Source of the DNA: an uncultured Pseudomonadales bacterium | GTDB lineage: Bacteria; Patescibacteriota; Microgenomatia; UBA1400; PJMF01 | Direction of reading: 5' to 3' | DNA length: 64,000 bases | NCBI GenBank assembly: GCA_964607285.1 | Contig: CAZSJW010000001.1 | Location: 66,514 to 130,513, forward strand | Shown: one piece after another, positions 33,601 to 42,247 of the stretch | Numbering within the stretch: position 1 is the stretch's first letter | Layout of the letters: every line of letters begins with the position of its first letter | Made by a program: the position numbers and the translations under genes | The notes under the pieces: model-generated | What the model was told of the DNA's origin: nothing | The model's database searches: none | Seen by the model: only the letters and a program-made list of their open reading frames with translations

Positions 33601-34634
33601 CATCATCGGCAGCGCCAGTGTTTTCAATGACTTCAAGCGGAAGTGCAACTAATGCGCCAGTTGGAGCTACAGTGTTTGTCAGAGCCAGGCAAGTAGATGC
33701 ACCCATTATTTTATCCGCATCAAGCAATATAACTGCTTCTGGGGATAACACGACTGCGCAACTGACAGCACCCAGCGGCAAGAGTACGAGCGACTTTGAT
33801 GCAGGGCGAATGCAAGACGACGAGAATCCAGCCGATACGGTAGATATTTCTACTGATGATTACACCGAGCTTGAGTGGAGCTTGCAGGCAACAAATACTG
33901 CTACCGCAAGCGAGGTATATCAATTTAGAGTTACCATTGCAGGCACTGCCTTAGATACGTATTCTGTAACTCCGCAGTGGACCATCGGATCAGCTGATTC
34001 AACGTTTGTGCTCAGCTCATATCGTTGGTATGTAGATAATGACTCGGAAAACGTAGCGAGTGTCTGGGGAAATCCAGATCTTGCTGAAGATACGGCTTTA
34101 GCACTGCTGCCTGCTACAAATGCAGCTCCAATCGATACTGATGAGTTGCGCTTGCGGACCGCAATTACAATAGCTACTAACGATCTAGCAGCCACGAGCA
34201 AACAGTTTAAGTTGCAGTACAAAGCAGGTACCGATGGAGTTTGCACCACTGGGTCTTGGACAGATGTAGGTGCGGGCGGTGGAGGTGAAATCTGGCGGTA
34301 CGCTACATCGTCGGTTTCGGATGGTACAACCCTGACAGCACTCAAGCTAACTATTTCCGATGTTCTGGGAGTATATGGTAAAGCTTCGCCAACTGCCACC
34401 AATCCGAATGCTGCGACAATTGGTCAGGCGATTGAGTATGATTTTCATTTGCAAAACAACGGCGCAAGTACTGCTTCTTTGTATAGCTTCCGGGTAGTAG
34501 AAAGTGATGGTACTGTGTTTGCAACCTATGACGAGTGTCCGACACTTAGCACTCGGCAAGTTGTGGAACAGGAGTTGCGACACGGTGATGTATTCGGAAA
34601 TGAAGTTGAACGCGGATTTACACGAGTAGATTAG
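30699..34634 (+). CDS. Large modular surface protein/adhesin (1311 aa), paralogue B
   Basis: ELRTENSKTY..PIHF..WQEI and YPVAVD (WapA/RHS-N-like); QEGYRWRDDDGSE; repeated P(S/-)GITAGD modules; C-terminal ELRHGDVF..VERGF. Confidence 0.75.
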   Translation: MLAHFSSTWLLTVLQFRGGRGFNKGSTKRVFVTCLLCLQLFQQSAIGALAFSSIGAQAQLEAASDALTEYEEVVELRTENSKTYTKQTADGTLYRLEQSGAPIHFIDTDKRWQEISTDIQRLPDGSFFNRTNSFKSEFSASTLSTSHARITFNDYSLALTVPAAQPSFARLVQVREAGSAVEYPNVLPGIDARFSIQSNRLTKEFVLQNPAAVREELPFLLHLSEGVSAELVDGQIVLKKNSLPVAELPRPKLYELDNRNRGYVFAGEVSFSLEHISDHVVKVTKILSPEAQQWLRQPERQYPVAVDATLNLQVGAGDDDGDSQVSVDIDNSITRDRIPLGNYNGNSHIGAARFSSVALAQGTTITSAELILTALGTYDCGACTLSITLQLDDVDDSAALTTTNINDRTGTTASSNHSITATVDNTEYNFAITSQVQEVLDRGGFVSGNAMTVLASDNGSDSSEWQEYYTYNNDPAKAPKLVIVYSGGGVTYTQEGYRWRDDDGSETTASWLASQDSNITRATAVTTRLRTLVDTSGDAPTNQYQLEYKLSSDTGYQKVGPAPSTATPVVQSRSSGASAAANTTSHVITMPSGITAGDLLLIVFSSDGQPDIQINTGGWIRLGQARNSTVASGALFYKFAEGSDTATVTTSASEQSSHVVLRISGAGIPMATSSNGSGTNSNPPSIDMGTSRNHLWVATRSGDSTVVASVAPTSYTDLQTQAAAGTGGASTNTAEYSTTSATEDPGTFTSASEQWASFTIGIPPADATGGLRFNTAQATGTTSLSVAYPPSISPGDLLVLAIANKHSPNVPSTPSGWTAPSNNQATGTSGTDGVDTGSVYTTVFTKIADGTESGNLSVTVTSGNSSTGRIFQLRAASGKVWSTALASGNDQTPGTGWSVTAGSDPGITAGDIVLTVSGMNSDAYAWSAQSISATSVTFSNHEELSELNATNGNDVEMTVSAHFATSGTSSAAPVFSMTSSGSATNAPVGATVFVRARQVDAPIILSASSNITASGDNTTAQLTAPSGKSTSDFDAGRMQDDENPADTVDISTDDYTELEWSLQATNTATASEVYQFRVTIAGTALDTYSVTPQWTIGSADSTFVLSSYRWYVDNDSENVASVWGNPDLAEDTALALLPATNAAPIDTDELRLRTAITIATNDLAATSKQFKLQYKAGTDGVCTTGSWTDVGAGGGGEIWRYATSSVSDGTTLTALKLTISDVLGVYGKASPTATNPNAATIGQAIEYDFHLQNNGASTASLYSFRVVESDGTVFATYDECPTLSTRQVVEQELRHGDVFGNEVERGFTRVD

Positions 34635-34663
34635 TGTTCTCGCAACTATTGTATACTCAGGGT

Positions 34664-35332
34664 ATGCTAAAGTTGCTGCTTTTTGGTTTTTTTGTGTTAC
34701 TTATAGTTGGTGTGTGGCTTATGCTAGGTGGTGATAAGCTCAAGATTTTGAGAGATGCTGTGTTATCTGCCTCCCCGAATCCCGAGGTAGCTACTATTTC
34801 AGATGGTAGTCGCACGCATGTAAATTTGAATATTGATGGTGATTTGATTCAAGTTAGTACGGGTAGTGCAAATTTTCGCAAGCCGTTTCGGAGGGGCGAT
34901 TTTGCCGTGTGGTTAGAGGTTCCACAAGAAAAGGCAGAAAAGTATGTGATTCGATATCACATACCTACTCAAACGCAGTTGCGTCTAACCAGTACGGGTG
35001 TTAGTCAGCATGCTCGAGTTAATACACAAGGTGCAGTGGTGTGGCAGCAATGGGTTGCTGATGCTTGGCAAGTTTTTTATTTTGATGGACAAACTACCAA
35101 GCAGGTAACTGAGGGAACCGTTGCACGAATAAATCCTGATATATATGACACAAAGATTGTGTATGCCGAACGACTTCCGGGAAAATCGTGGAACCTAGTT
35201 GAATGGTCCGCAGAAACTAACAAAAGCACCACAGTACCAAACAGTGAAGGTGAGAAATACCCATTATACGAAGGAGATTCTCTGTCGTTCGTGTCGCCAA
35301 GTGATCCTATTATCCTCGAAGCTGATGAGTAA
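34664..35332 (+). CDS. Membrane-anchored protein with TolB-like beta-propeller blades
   Basis: N-terminal TM; repeated VWxQ..QVFYFDG..KQVT..NPDI blade pattern. Confidence 0.55.
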   Translation: MLKLLLFGFFVLLIVGVWLMLGGDKLKILRDAVLSASPNPEVATISDGSRTHVNLNIDGDLIQVSTGSANFRKPFRRGDFAVWLEVPQEKAEKYVIRYHIPTQTQLRLTSTGVSQHARVNTQGAVVWQQWVADAWQVFYFDGQTTKQVTEGTVARINPDIYDTKIVYAERLPGKSWNLVEWSAETNKSTTVPNSEGEKYPLYEGDSLSFVSPSDPIILEADE

Positions 35333-35424
35333 CTAGATATAGTTATTTAACTACTTCACATTCTCTACGTTTCATGTAAGGATGAGCACATATCATCCTA
35401 TAAGCAGCTATTTAGAAAGTCTCC

Positions 35425-38400
35425 ATGTTCGAGCGCTCAACATTTGTTAAATCAGTACTGCGTAGTATGTCTGCGCTAGTGGTTGCCGTAAGTGTACTGG
35501 GTGGTAGTGTTAGCGCAATTGTTGCTGCACCTCCTGAGGGATTTGTCACCGAAACCGTGGTGACAGGTTTGACCGAGCCAACAGCTACGACTTTTGCACC
35601 TGATGGCAGAATGTTTATTATCGAGCGGGCAGGAATCATTAAAGTTGTGCCTGCCGGGACGACCACACCGTTGAGCACCCCTCTGTTGGATCTGACAGGC
35701 CAGATTAACACGGACATGGGTGAGCGTGGGCTGGTTGGTATAGCTTTGGATCCAAATTTTGCAAGTAATGGGTACTACTATGTGTTTTATACGACCAACG
35801 CTTTGAGAGATCGAGTTGAGCGTTTCACAGCAAGTGGAAATGCCACGGTTGCGAACAGTGGCTTTGTAGTTTGGCAGGACACGGTAGAGGCGCAGTTATG
35901 GCACCACGGCGGAACTGTCGCATTTGGCCCTGACGGCAAACTGTATATTTCTACAGGTGATGGTTTTGATACAACTTCTGGGAGTGGCAACGTTTCACAA
36001 AGACTTGATAGTTTTCGAGGAAAAATTTTGCGGGTGAATAGCGATGGTACCATTCCAAGCGATAATCCTTGGGCTAGTGATGGTAATCCAAACACGCTTG
36101 ATGCCATCTGGGCACGTGGTTTGCGCAACCCATTCCGTTTCTCATTCGATTCATTGAGTGGCTCCTTGTATATTGGCGATGTGGGTGGAAACAACCAAGT
36201 GTCCTCAATCGAGGAAATAAACTTGGGTGTCGCAGGTGCAAACTATGGTTGGCCAATTTGTGAAGGCAACTATGGCACCAGTGGCATGACAAATCCTATC
36301 TACCTGTATGAACATGCTGACAGAGATGCTTCTGTAACTGGTGGTTTTGTGTATCGTGGAGGGAACTTCCCAGCCGAGTACCAGGGTTCTTTTTTCTATG
36401 GTGACTATGTGCAGAACTGGGTGTGTCGTTTGACTTTTGATGGTTCAGGAAACGTGCAGGGAAGTCAGCATTTTGAGCCAACAAATGGTACCAGTGATGG
36501 ACCTTTTGGCGAAATTGTAGATCTAAAGCAGGGTCCTGATGGCGCACTGTACTACACCGATATTGGTATGAGTTGGGAGCAACAGTCAAACCCAGGCACT
36601 ATTCGTAGAATTAAATACGATGTGGAAAATCAAGCTCCAGTAATTGCAACGGTATCAGCACAACCTAGTAGTGGCCCTGGACCAAGCCTTGAGACAACAT
36701 TTTCAGCAACAGTCAGTGATCCAGAAAATGATACCTTGACATATCTCTGGGAGTTTGGTGATTCCCAGACAGCAACCATTTCGAGTCCTGTGCATACCTA
36801 TACTCAAAAAGGGCAATACACGGCACGTTTGACCGTTTCGGACGCAACAAATCAAACAATTTCCGAGCCGATGACAATCGTAGTGGGTACCCCACCTGTG
36901 GCAACAATCGACACTCCGTTGGCTGGCGCTACCTTTAAAGCTGGGGATGTCATTACGTTTTCTGGGTCCGCAACTGACGCAGACAGCACTCTGACCGCAG
37001 CTAATTATTCTTGGAGTGTAGCACTGCTACACAATTCTCACACACATCCTGAAGTCGGTCCGATTGACGGGCAAACTAGCGGGACGTTTACAATTCCTAG
37101 TTCTGGACATGATTTAAACAATACAACTCGTTTTCAGTTCATCTTGACAGTCACCGATGAAGACGGATTGCAGGATACCAACGCTGTAATTGTTGATCCA
37201 CAGACGGTTGATCTAAGTATCGATACGGTGCCTTCTGGCTTACCGATTAACTTTAATCAAGAAACTAACGTTGCAACTCCTTTTATGCGCAACATGTTGG
37301 TAAACTTCCAGAGCACAATCGAAGCACCAACTCCAGTGACGAGTAGTGGACAACAATATGAGTTTGCTGGTTGGTCTGACGGTGGTGAGCGACTGCATAC
37401 AATAACTGCACCCGAGTCAAGCCAATCCTATATTGCATCATATTCAGCTGTAGCATCGGACAACTTCGCGCTTTCGTTTGACGGCTCTAATGATTTGGCG
37501 CAAGATGGCATGGTAGCAAATGCTGCAGAGTTTACCGCTGAAGCCTGGGTTTGGGCACAGACGGCTAATCAGGCAGCAATCTTGATTGGTAACTTTGATG
37601 ACAATAATGGCTGGAGTCTCGAACTTTTGAATGGCAGGCCAGTCTTCTGGCGAGGTCTGAATGGCAGCTGGGCAAATGTAAGTTCTGCTACCACACTCAG
37701 CACTCAAGCATGGCACCATGTTGCGGTCACACATGTGGCAAGCACTGGCGTTGCGCGCATCTTTGTAGATGGACAACAGGTTGCAACTGGTACGGTTGGT
37801 GTATTAGGACAAGGTCCAAACATCTTCCTGGGTGGTGCAAGCGGGTATCCGTACTTCACTGGCTTGTTGGATGAAGTTCGATTGTCTAACTCTGTACGAT
37901 ACACTGGTAGCTACACAGTGCCGACTGCGGGTTTTAGCAGTGACGCACAAACTATCGCACTGTTTTCTTTGAATGAAGGCACTGGTCAAACCGCTGTGAG
38001 TAGTGGTGGTTCATCGGCAACGCTACTATTAGGGTCTTCATCTGCAGTTGAAAGCTCTGATCCTCTGTGGGTAACTTCTACGGCACCGACTGGAGGAGCG
38101 ACACCTCCACCTAGTCCGTCGCCTTCGCCGTCACCGAGTCCAGTGCCTACTCCGAGCCCATCCCCAACTCCGACTCCTACACCAACTCCGAGTCCCTCCC
38201 CTGTGCCGACTCCAATTCCTACACCGACGCCACAACCAGGAACGATGCTGCAGTTTAACGGTAGTAATGACTACGTGAGATCAGTAAACATTCCGCTTTC
38301 CACGCAGTATACCTACGAAGCATGGGTGCGAAGAATGGCTGATACTAATGGTTATGAATCAATCTTGAGTGATGCCAACTCTGGCTATGGTCAGGCAATG

Positions 38401-38913
38401 TTTACTTTGTTTATAGACGGTGGCAACAACGACTGTTATGGACAAACTGATCAATTTGCCTATTATCAAGCAAGTGGTGGTTTTACCCTCTGTTCGGGTG
38501 TTTCTGCCAACATTGGATCCTGGTATCACGTTGCAGTTACTAGAGACTCAGGTGGTGTCACTCGCTATTTTGTGAACGGTGTACTTACGGCTTCTGCAAA
38601 CAGCCCTGCACCAAGTAATAGTACCGGCAGACTGGCAATAGGTCGAGCTGGCGACTACAATGGCGAGTACTTCCCTGGCTTTGTAGACGAGGTGCGGGTG
38701 TCTAATGCACCGCAGTATACTGCTACCTTCACTCCATCCACGACTAGCTTGGCACCTAACGCTAGCACGGTTGCTTTATACCATTTGAATGCTGGTACAG
38801 GACAGTCAGTGGTGGATAGTTCAAGCAATAACTACACCGCGACCCTTGGTGGCTCAACGAGTGTGGATAGTGCTGATCCTACTTGGGCGACGGGGAGTCC
38901 GGTTGGTGATTAG
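35425..38913 (+). CDS. Secreted PQQ-dependent sugar dehydrogenase (GSDH) + PKD + two LamG domains
   Basis: GERGLVGIALDPNF, HHGG..FGPDGKLY, GKILRVN, GLRNPFRFSFD, GANYGWP; WEFGD..HTY (PKD); two FDG..WHHVAVT..DEVRLS LamG modules. Confidence 0.88.
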   Translation: MFERSTFVKSVLRSMSALVVAVSVLGGSVSAIVAAPPEGFVTETVVTGLTEPTATTFAPDGRMFIIERAGIIKVVPAGTTTPLSTPLLDLTGQINTDMGERGLVGIALDPNFASNGYYYVFYTTNALRDRVERFTASGNATVANSGFVVWQDTVEAQLWHHGGTVAFGPDGKLYISTGDGFDTTSGSGNVSQRLDSFRGKILRVNSDGTIPSDNPWASDGNPNTLDAIWARGLRNPFRFSFDSLSGSLYIGDVGGNNQVSSIEEINLGVAGANYGWPICEGNYGTSGMTNPIYLYEHADRDASVTGGFVYRGGNFPAEYQGSFFYGDYVQNWVCRLTFDGSGNVQGSQHFEPTNGTSDGPFGEIVDLKQGPDGALYYTDIGMSWEQQSNPGTIRRIKYDVENQAPVIATVSAQPSSGPGPSLETTFSATVSDPENDTLTYLWEFGDSQTATISSPVHTYTQKGQYTARLTVSDATNQTISEPMTIVVGTPPVATIDTPLAGATFKAGDVITFSGSATDADSTLTAANYSWSVALLHNSHTHPEVGPIDGQTSGTFTIPSSGHDLNNTTRFQFILTVTDEDGLQDTNAVIVDPQTVDLSIDTVPSGLPINFNQETNVATPFMRNMLVNFQSTIEAPTPVTSSGQQYEFAGWSDGGERLHTITAPESSQSYIASYSAVASDNFALSFDGSNDLAQDGMVANAAEFTAEAWVWAQTANQAAILIGNFDDNNGWSLELLNGRPVFWRGLNGSWANVSSATTLSTQAWHHVAVTHVASTGVARIFVDGQQVATGTVGVLGQGPNIFLGGASGYPYFTGLLDEVRLSNSVRYTGSYTVPTAGFSSDAQTIALFSLNEGTGQTAVSSGGSSATLLLGSSSAVESSDPLWVTSTAPTGGATPPPSPSPSPSPSPVPTPSPSPTPTPTPTPSPSPVPTPIPTPTPQPGTMLQFNGSNDYVRSVNIPLSTQYTYEAWVRRMADTNGYESILSDANSGYGQAMFTLFIDGGNNDCYGQTDQFAYYQASGGFTLCSGVSANIGSWYHVAVTRDSGGVTRYFVNGVLTASANSPAPSNSTGRLAIGRAGDYNGEYFPGFVDEVRVSNAPQYTATFTPSTTSLAPNASTVALYHLNAGTGQSVVDSSSNNYTATLGGSTSVDSADPTWATGSPVGD
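38101..38238 (+). repeat. Low-complexity (PS/PT)n linker-coding repeat
   Basis: Encodes TPPPSPSPSPSPSPVPTPSPSPTPTPTP... with varied codons. Confidence 0.8.
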
Positions 38914-38936
38914 TTTTTTGGTAAGATATAGAAGTA

Positions 38937-38962
38937 AGCCGCAGGGGTTAAAACCTGCGGCT
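38937..38962. repeat. GC-rich inverted repeat between convergent genes (terminator or REP/IS200-like hairpin)
   Basis: AGCCGCAGG-GGTTAAAA-CCTGCGGCT; no flanking U-tract. Confidence 0.55.
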
Positions 38963-38991
38963 GAACAGATCTGCAGATCATCTTTAAAAGA

Positions 38992-39339
38992 TCAAAATCT
39001 TGGGTCGAGAAGTATTGCTAATAAAAAGTAGAAGAATAGAAATATTGACAAAATACTGATATATTTCTCTAAACTCGAATACATTTTTCTTCTCCAGACT
39101 ATTGGAATTGATATTAGTAAAAAAACCTCTGTAAGTACTGAGGCACCACCAAGACCATATAAATATAGTTTCTGAGTAGTATCATCGAATCGCTTCAGAT
39201 CTTCTTGAACATCTCCAAAAATATCTAAGGGAGTTTTAATTTGTAGAATATCTTGGGTGATATCTTTTATAAAGTGAATTGAAATAAAGATAAAAAGAAA
39301 AGGAAGAAATAACCTCCATAACTTGTACAATTTTTTCAT
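38992..39339 (-). CDS. Hypothetical AT-rich 3-TM membrane protein
   Basis: 115 aa ORF, HFIKDITQDIL motif, visibly more AT-rich than its neighbours; TACAAT 6 nt before ATG. Confidence 0.6.
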   Translation of the reverse strand: MKKLYKLWRLFLPFLFIFISIHFIKDITQDILQIKTPLDIFGDVQEDLKRFDDTTQKLYLYGLGGASVLTEVFLLISIPIVWRRKMYSSLEKYISILSIFLFFYFLLAILLDPRF

Positions 39340-39414
39340 GCATACATTGTATCAATTGCGGAATAAAAGCAGGTAGCGTAATCTCTGCTGATGCCACCAA
39401 AAAAGCAATAGTTT

Positions 39415-42156
39415 CTACTTCCCAAAATGCACCGTATGCAAAAACGCACTCAACCTGGATTGCGCAAAAATCACAGTATTTATAGAGGACATAACCAAGA
39501 ACGGCTTTGCTTCTGGACTTTCAAACAAAAACGTAAATGCCAAGCCCAAAATCAAGGACACAGCCAAATTAACTTCAAACGCATTTATCAGGATGCGCTT
39601 TACCATTGCTTTGGTAGCAGCCTTCCAACTTGAATTGCCCTCAGGTGAAAGCTCCAGCTGTACTGTCGTTGCTGATCGATCAACACTAATAGTCTGCGGA
39701 GCAAACCCAGGCGCCATTGCAACAACAGAAGCTGTAGTACCGACAAAGTTTGCGGGTATGGCAAAGCTACCATCTTTATGACTCTGCAGTACCGCTTGTG
39801 TTTTTCCTTGCTCATCTACAAGTGTAATAATTGCTTCAACTGGAGTTTTAGATTGGCTAATTGAGACAGCGCCGGGAATATACCTAACTGCAGTTCCAAA
39901 ACTTTTCCCCAGTACAAATCCTGCATGATGTAAAAAATTACCAGACAGCGTTACCACAGAAAAATGAGCTTGTGCAAGTAATCCTAAAACGCTGAGTGGT
40001 GCGGACACAGCTACAGTCCAGAGCGATACAACTTTGAGTGTGGCAGATGACTGGGCTTCCTCCTGGAGAGCGTTAAAAAGTCTTTCAAACTTAAGCACAA
40101 CCGTTTCAGCATGATATTGGACTGAACTAAGTAGAGCGCTGCCCGTAGGCTGTAGAGCTACTGTTGGAAACGAATCATTGGAGAGTGTTGAAAAAGTTAC
40201 AGACTGTGGCTCGTATCCCAAAGCAGAAATTTCTGCCTTGTAGTCTCCAGGCGGGAGGGCAAACTGTATGGTTCCGTTTGGTCTGGTAAACAATGGATTC
40301 TCGGGTAGGTATTCGGGTGCCAGTAATTGTGAGAAAAGTTGTGTGCTCATATTTTTTTGAAACAGGAGAACTCGTGCTCGCTCAATTGGTTGAGTTGTCA
40401 CAGCATCTTGCACGCGCAAGGGTTCAGCAACCCAGATAGAAAAAATTGGCAGATGTTGCTGGCTACCAGTAGTAGTGCGAATAGTTGCGGAATACTCCAG
40501 ATCACCTGCGCTGATTGGTGAACTAAGCCTGCCACTCCACACTCCTGGTTGGGTGCGTACAAGTGTGGTGGTGTATATATCATCGCCATGTAAATCTCTG
40601 TACAATACAATGCTTTCAATTGCCTCATCATTGGCGATGGCAAGCGTGAGTTCGATAGGCTGATCACTCGGAAGCAGAAAGGGAGAGCTGTTTGAAACTG
40701 GTCCCGTCCACAGGTGTGAACCGTTGCTGGTAATGGTGACAGTGTCTGAGATGGGCACTGCACCCGATTGGGCAGTTTGGAATTGGAGCAAGTCGCTGAG
40801 AATTTCTTGTCCAGAATTGGTTGGTAAGCCGAACTGTAGATAGTATGTGGTATTTGGTGACAAATTGGTGAGCAGAATTGAGTGCCGTAGGGCGGATTCA
40901 CTAGTGAGTTGCTCAGTCAGAGCAGTTGGTGATCTACCGTAGCGTACAGTCAGCGGATTGGGACTGTTGAGGACGACTTCCATACTATACGTTGTGTCAC
41001 TGACCGTTGTGACGGTATAGCTTTCAAAGTTTGGGGTGGGACTTGAGCTTGGAATCGGTGAGGCGATAGGGGACGGCACAGTAGTAGTTGTGCTCGGAGT
41101 TGGTGAAGCGGTATGGGTTGTAGGAGTGACTGTGGGTGTGGGGGTAGGTGTGGCACTGGGTGTTGGAGCCGCATAGAGATAACTTATAGAACTAGTGGAA
41201 TCAACAGTACTGACTGGCTGCGTGATGCGAGCCAGTACTGATGCAGTAACCTCGGAGTCCCCAGTATAACTATCGGTGGTTTTCAGTTGAAATGTAACTG
41301 TTTCGTTGGTTGTGTTTGCGGGAATGCTGGGAATCGTCCAAGTAATTGTTCTGTTGGTTAGGTTTATGACTGGACTCGTTCCCCCGTAGGCATCGTCCGC
41401 ACTGCCTAAATCGTAATTGAGTAACTCGACAGTTGGTGTGCCGTTGCCACTAATTGTGCCCAAGGTCCACTCCGCTTGTAAGGTGAGTGGTGAAGCGAAA
41501 TCGTAGTCGCTGCCGTAGGTAATGGTGTAGGTGATAGCTGTTTCTTGAGGTATCTCAGTGGTGTCGTCTGCAGTACTGAGTACGGCTGAAAAGTCATCAG
41601 AGGGGGGTTGAATGGTGGCTGTTATCGCTATTTCGTCATTTGGAACAATAGTGACCATTGCGTCAGACACAGTTGAGGGGTTGCCGCCAACCAATGTTGC
41701 AATCGTCCACAGGTATCCAGCTGATTCACCTGCTGTTGCAGGATTAGTTGCAATACCACCAGTGAGATAAAAGCCGTACGTAGTTCCGCTTGTTAGGTCG
41801 CCGCTGGGAAAGGTAATTTCCTGACCAGAAACTCCTGATGCTGTGCCTATACCTGGCCAGGCTGTTACACCAGATGGCAGACTGCTGGTTGAAACTGCGT
41901 AGTTACCTGCTGTAGCACTGCCCGACCATGCCGAGCCAAGGGTGATTCGCAGGCTATCTTCTGTGACAACTTCGCCTACTCTGGCTTGGATCAGTATATT
42001 GCCGGGAGCAGTATTGGCTTTGGTGCGGTCTGGCCGCACTAAAAGGTTGGAAAATTCTGCCGCACTGACAGGTTGGGGGGTGCTCAATGAAGCGCCAACA
42101 AACGCTACTATAACAAAGCACACAAACCAGAGCTGACTCCACAGGGGCAGTTTCAT
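39415..42156 (-). CDS. Large membrane-anchored surface protein: pilin-like N-domain, DUF11-like domain, PT linker, FN3, carboxypeptidase-regulatory-like domains, C-terminal TMs
   Basis: N-domain aligns with 12916..13956; ITYTITY; HSILLTNLSPNTTYY; PIERARVLL..NPLFTRPNG..LPPGDY; ATG at 42156 (MKLP) or 42174. Confidence 0.75.
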   Translation of the reverse strand: MKLPLWSQLWFVCFVIVAFVGASLSTPQPVSAAEFSNLLVRPDRTKANTAPGNILIQARVGEVVTEDSLRITLGSAWSGSATAGNYAVSTSSLPSGVTAWPGIGTASGVSGQEITFPSGDLTSGTTYGFYLTGGIATNPATAGESAGYLWTIATLVGGNPSTVSDAMVTIVPNDEIAITATIQPPSDDFSAVLSTADDTTEIPQETAITYTITYGSDYDFASPLTLQAEWTLGTISGNGTPTVELLNYDLGSADDAYGGTSPVINLTNRTITWTIPSIPANTTNETVTFQLKTTDSYTGDSEVTASVLARITQPVSTVDSTSSISYLYAAPTPSATPTPTPTVTPTTHTASPTPSTTTTVPSPIASPIPSSSPTPNFESYTVTTVSDTTYSMEVVLNSPNPLTVRYGRSPTALTEQLTSESALRHSILLTNLSPNTTYYLQFGLPTNSGQEILSDLLQFQTAQSGAVPISDTVTITSNGSHLWTGPVSNSSPFLLPSDQPIELTLAIANDEAIESIVLYRDLHGDDIYTTTLVRTQPGVWSGRLSSPISAGDLEYSATIRTTTGSQQHLPIFSIWVAEPLRVQDAVTTQPIERARVLLFQKNMSTQLFSQLLAPEYLPENPLFTRPNGTIQFALPPGDYKAEISALGYEPQSVTFSTLSNDSFPTVALQPTGSALLSSVQYHAETVVLKFERLFNALQEEAQSSATLKVVSLWTVAVSAPLSVLGLLAQAHFSVVTLSGNFLHHAGFVLGKSFGTAVRYIPGAVSISQSKTPVEAIITLVDEQGKTQAVLQSHKDGSFAIPANFVGTTASVVAMAPGFAPQTISVDRSATTVQLELSPEGNSSWKAATKAMVKRILINAFEVNLAVSLILGLAFTFLFESPEAKPFLVMSSINTVIFAQSRLSAFLHTVHFGK

Positions 42157-42247
42157 ACTATATAATGATGCCATACATGGGCTTGCATGTCAGTAGCAAG
42201 CCGAGTACTATGAGAGTTCGGGTAAGTAGATCCAAAGAGATCAAACA

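Noticed and set aside
25211-34634. Prophage tail region
   Set aside because: Fibre-like motifs occur, but the proteins have signal peptides or TMs, and no capsid, terminase, portal or integrase gene is seen
27349-34634. Diversity-generating retroelement or RHS toxin system
   Set aside because: No reverse transcriptase, no adenine-specific TR/VR pair noticed, and no YD repeats or RHS core
38101-38238. CRISPR array or VNTR
   Set aside because: Imperfect codon-level Pro/Ser/Thr linker inside a CDS; no repeat-spacer structure was seen here or elsewhere in the window
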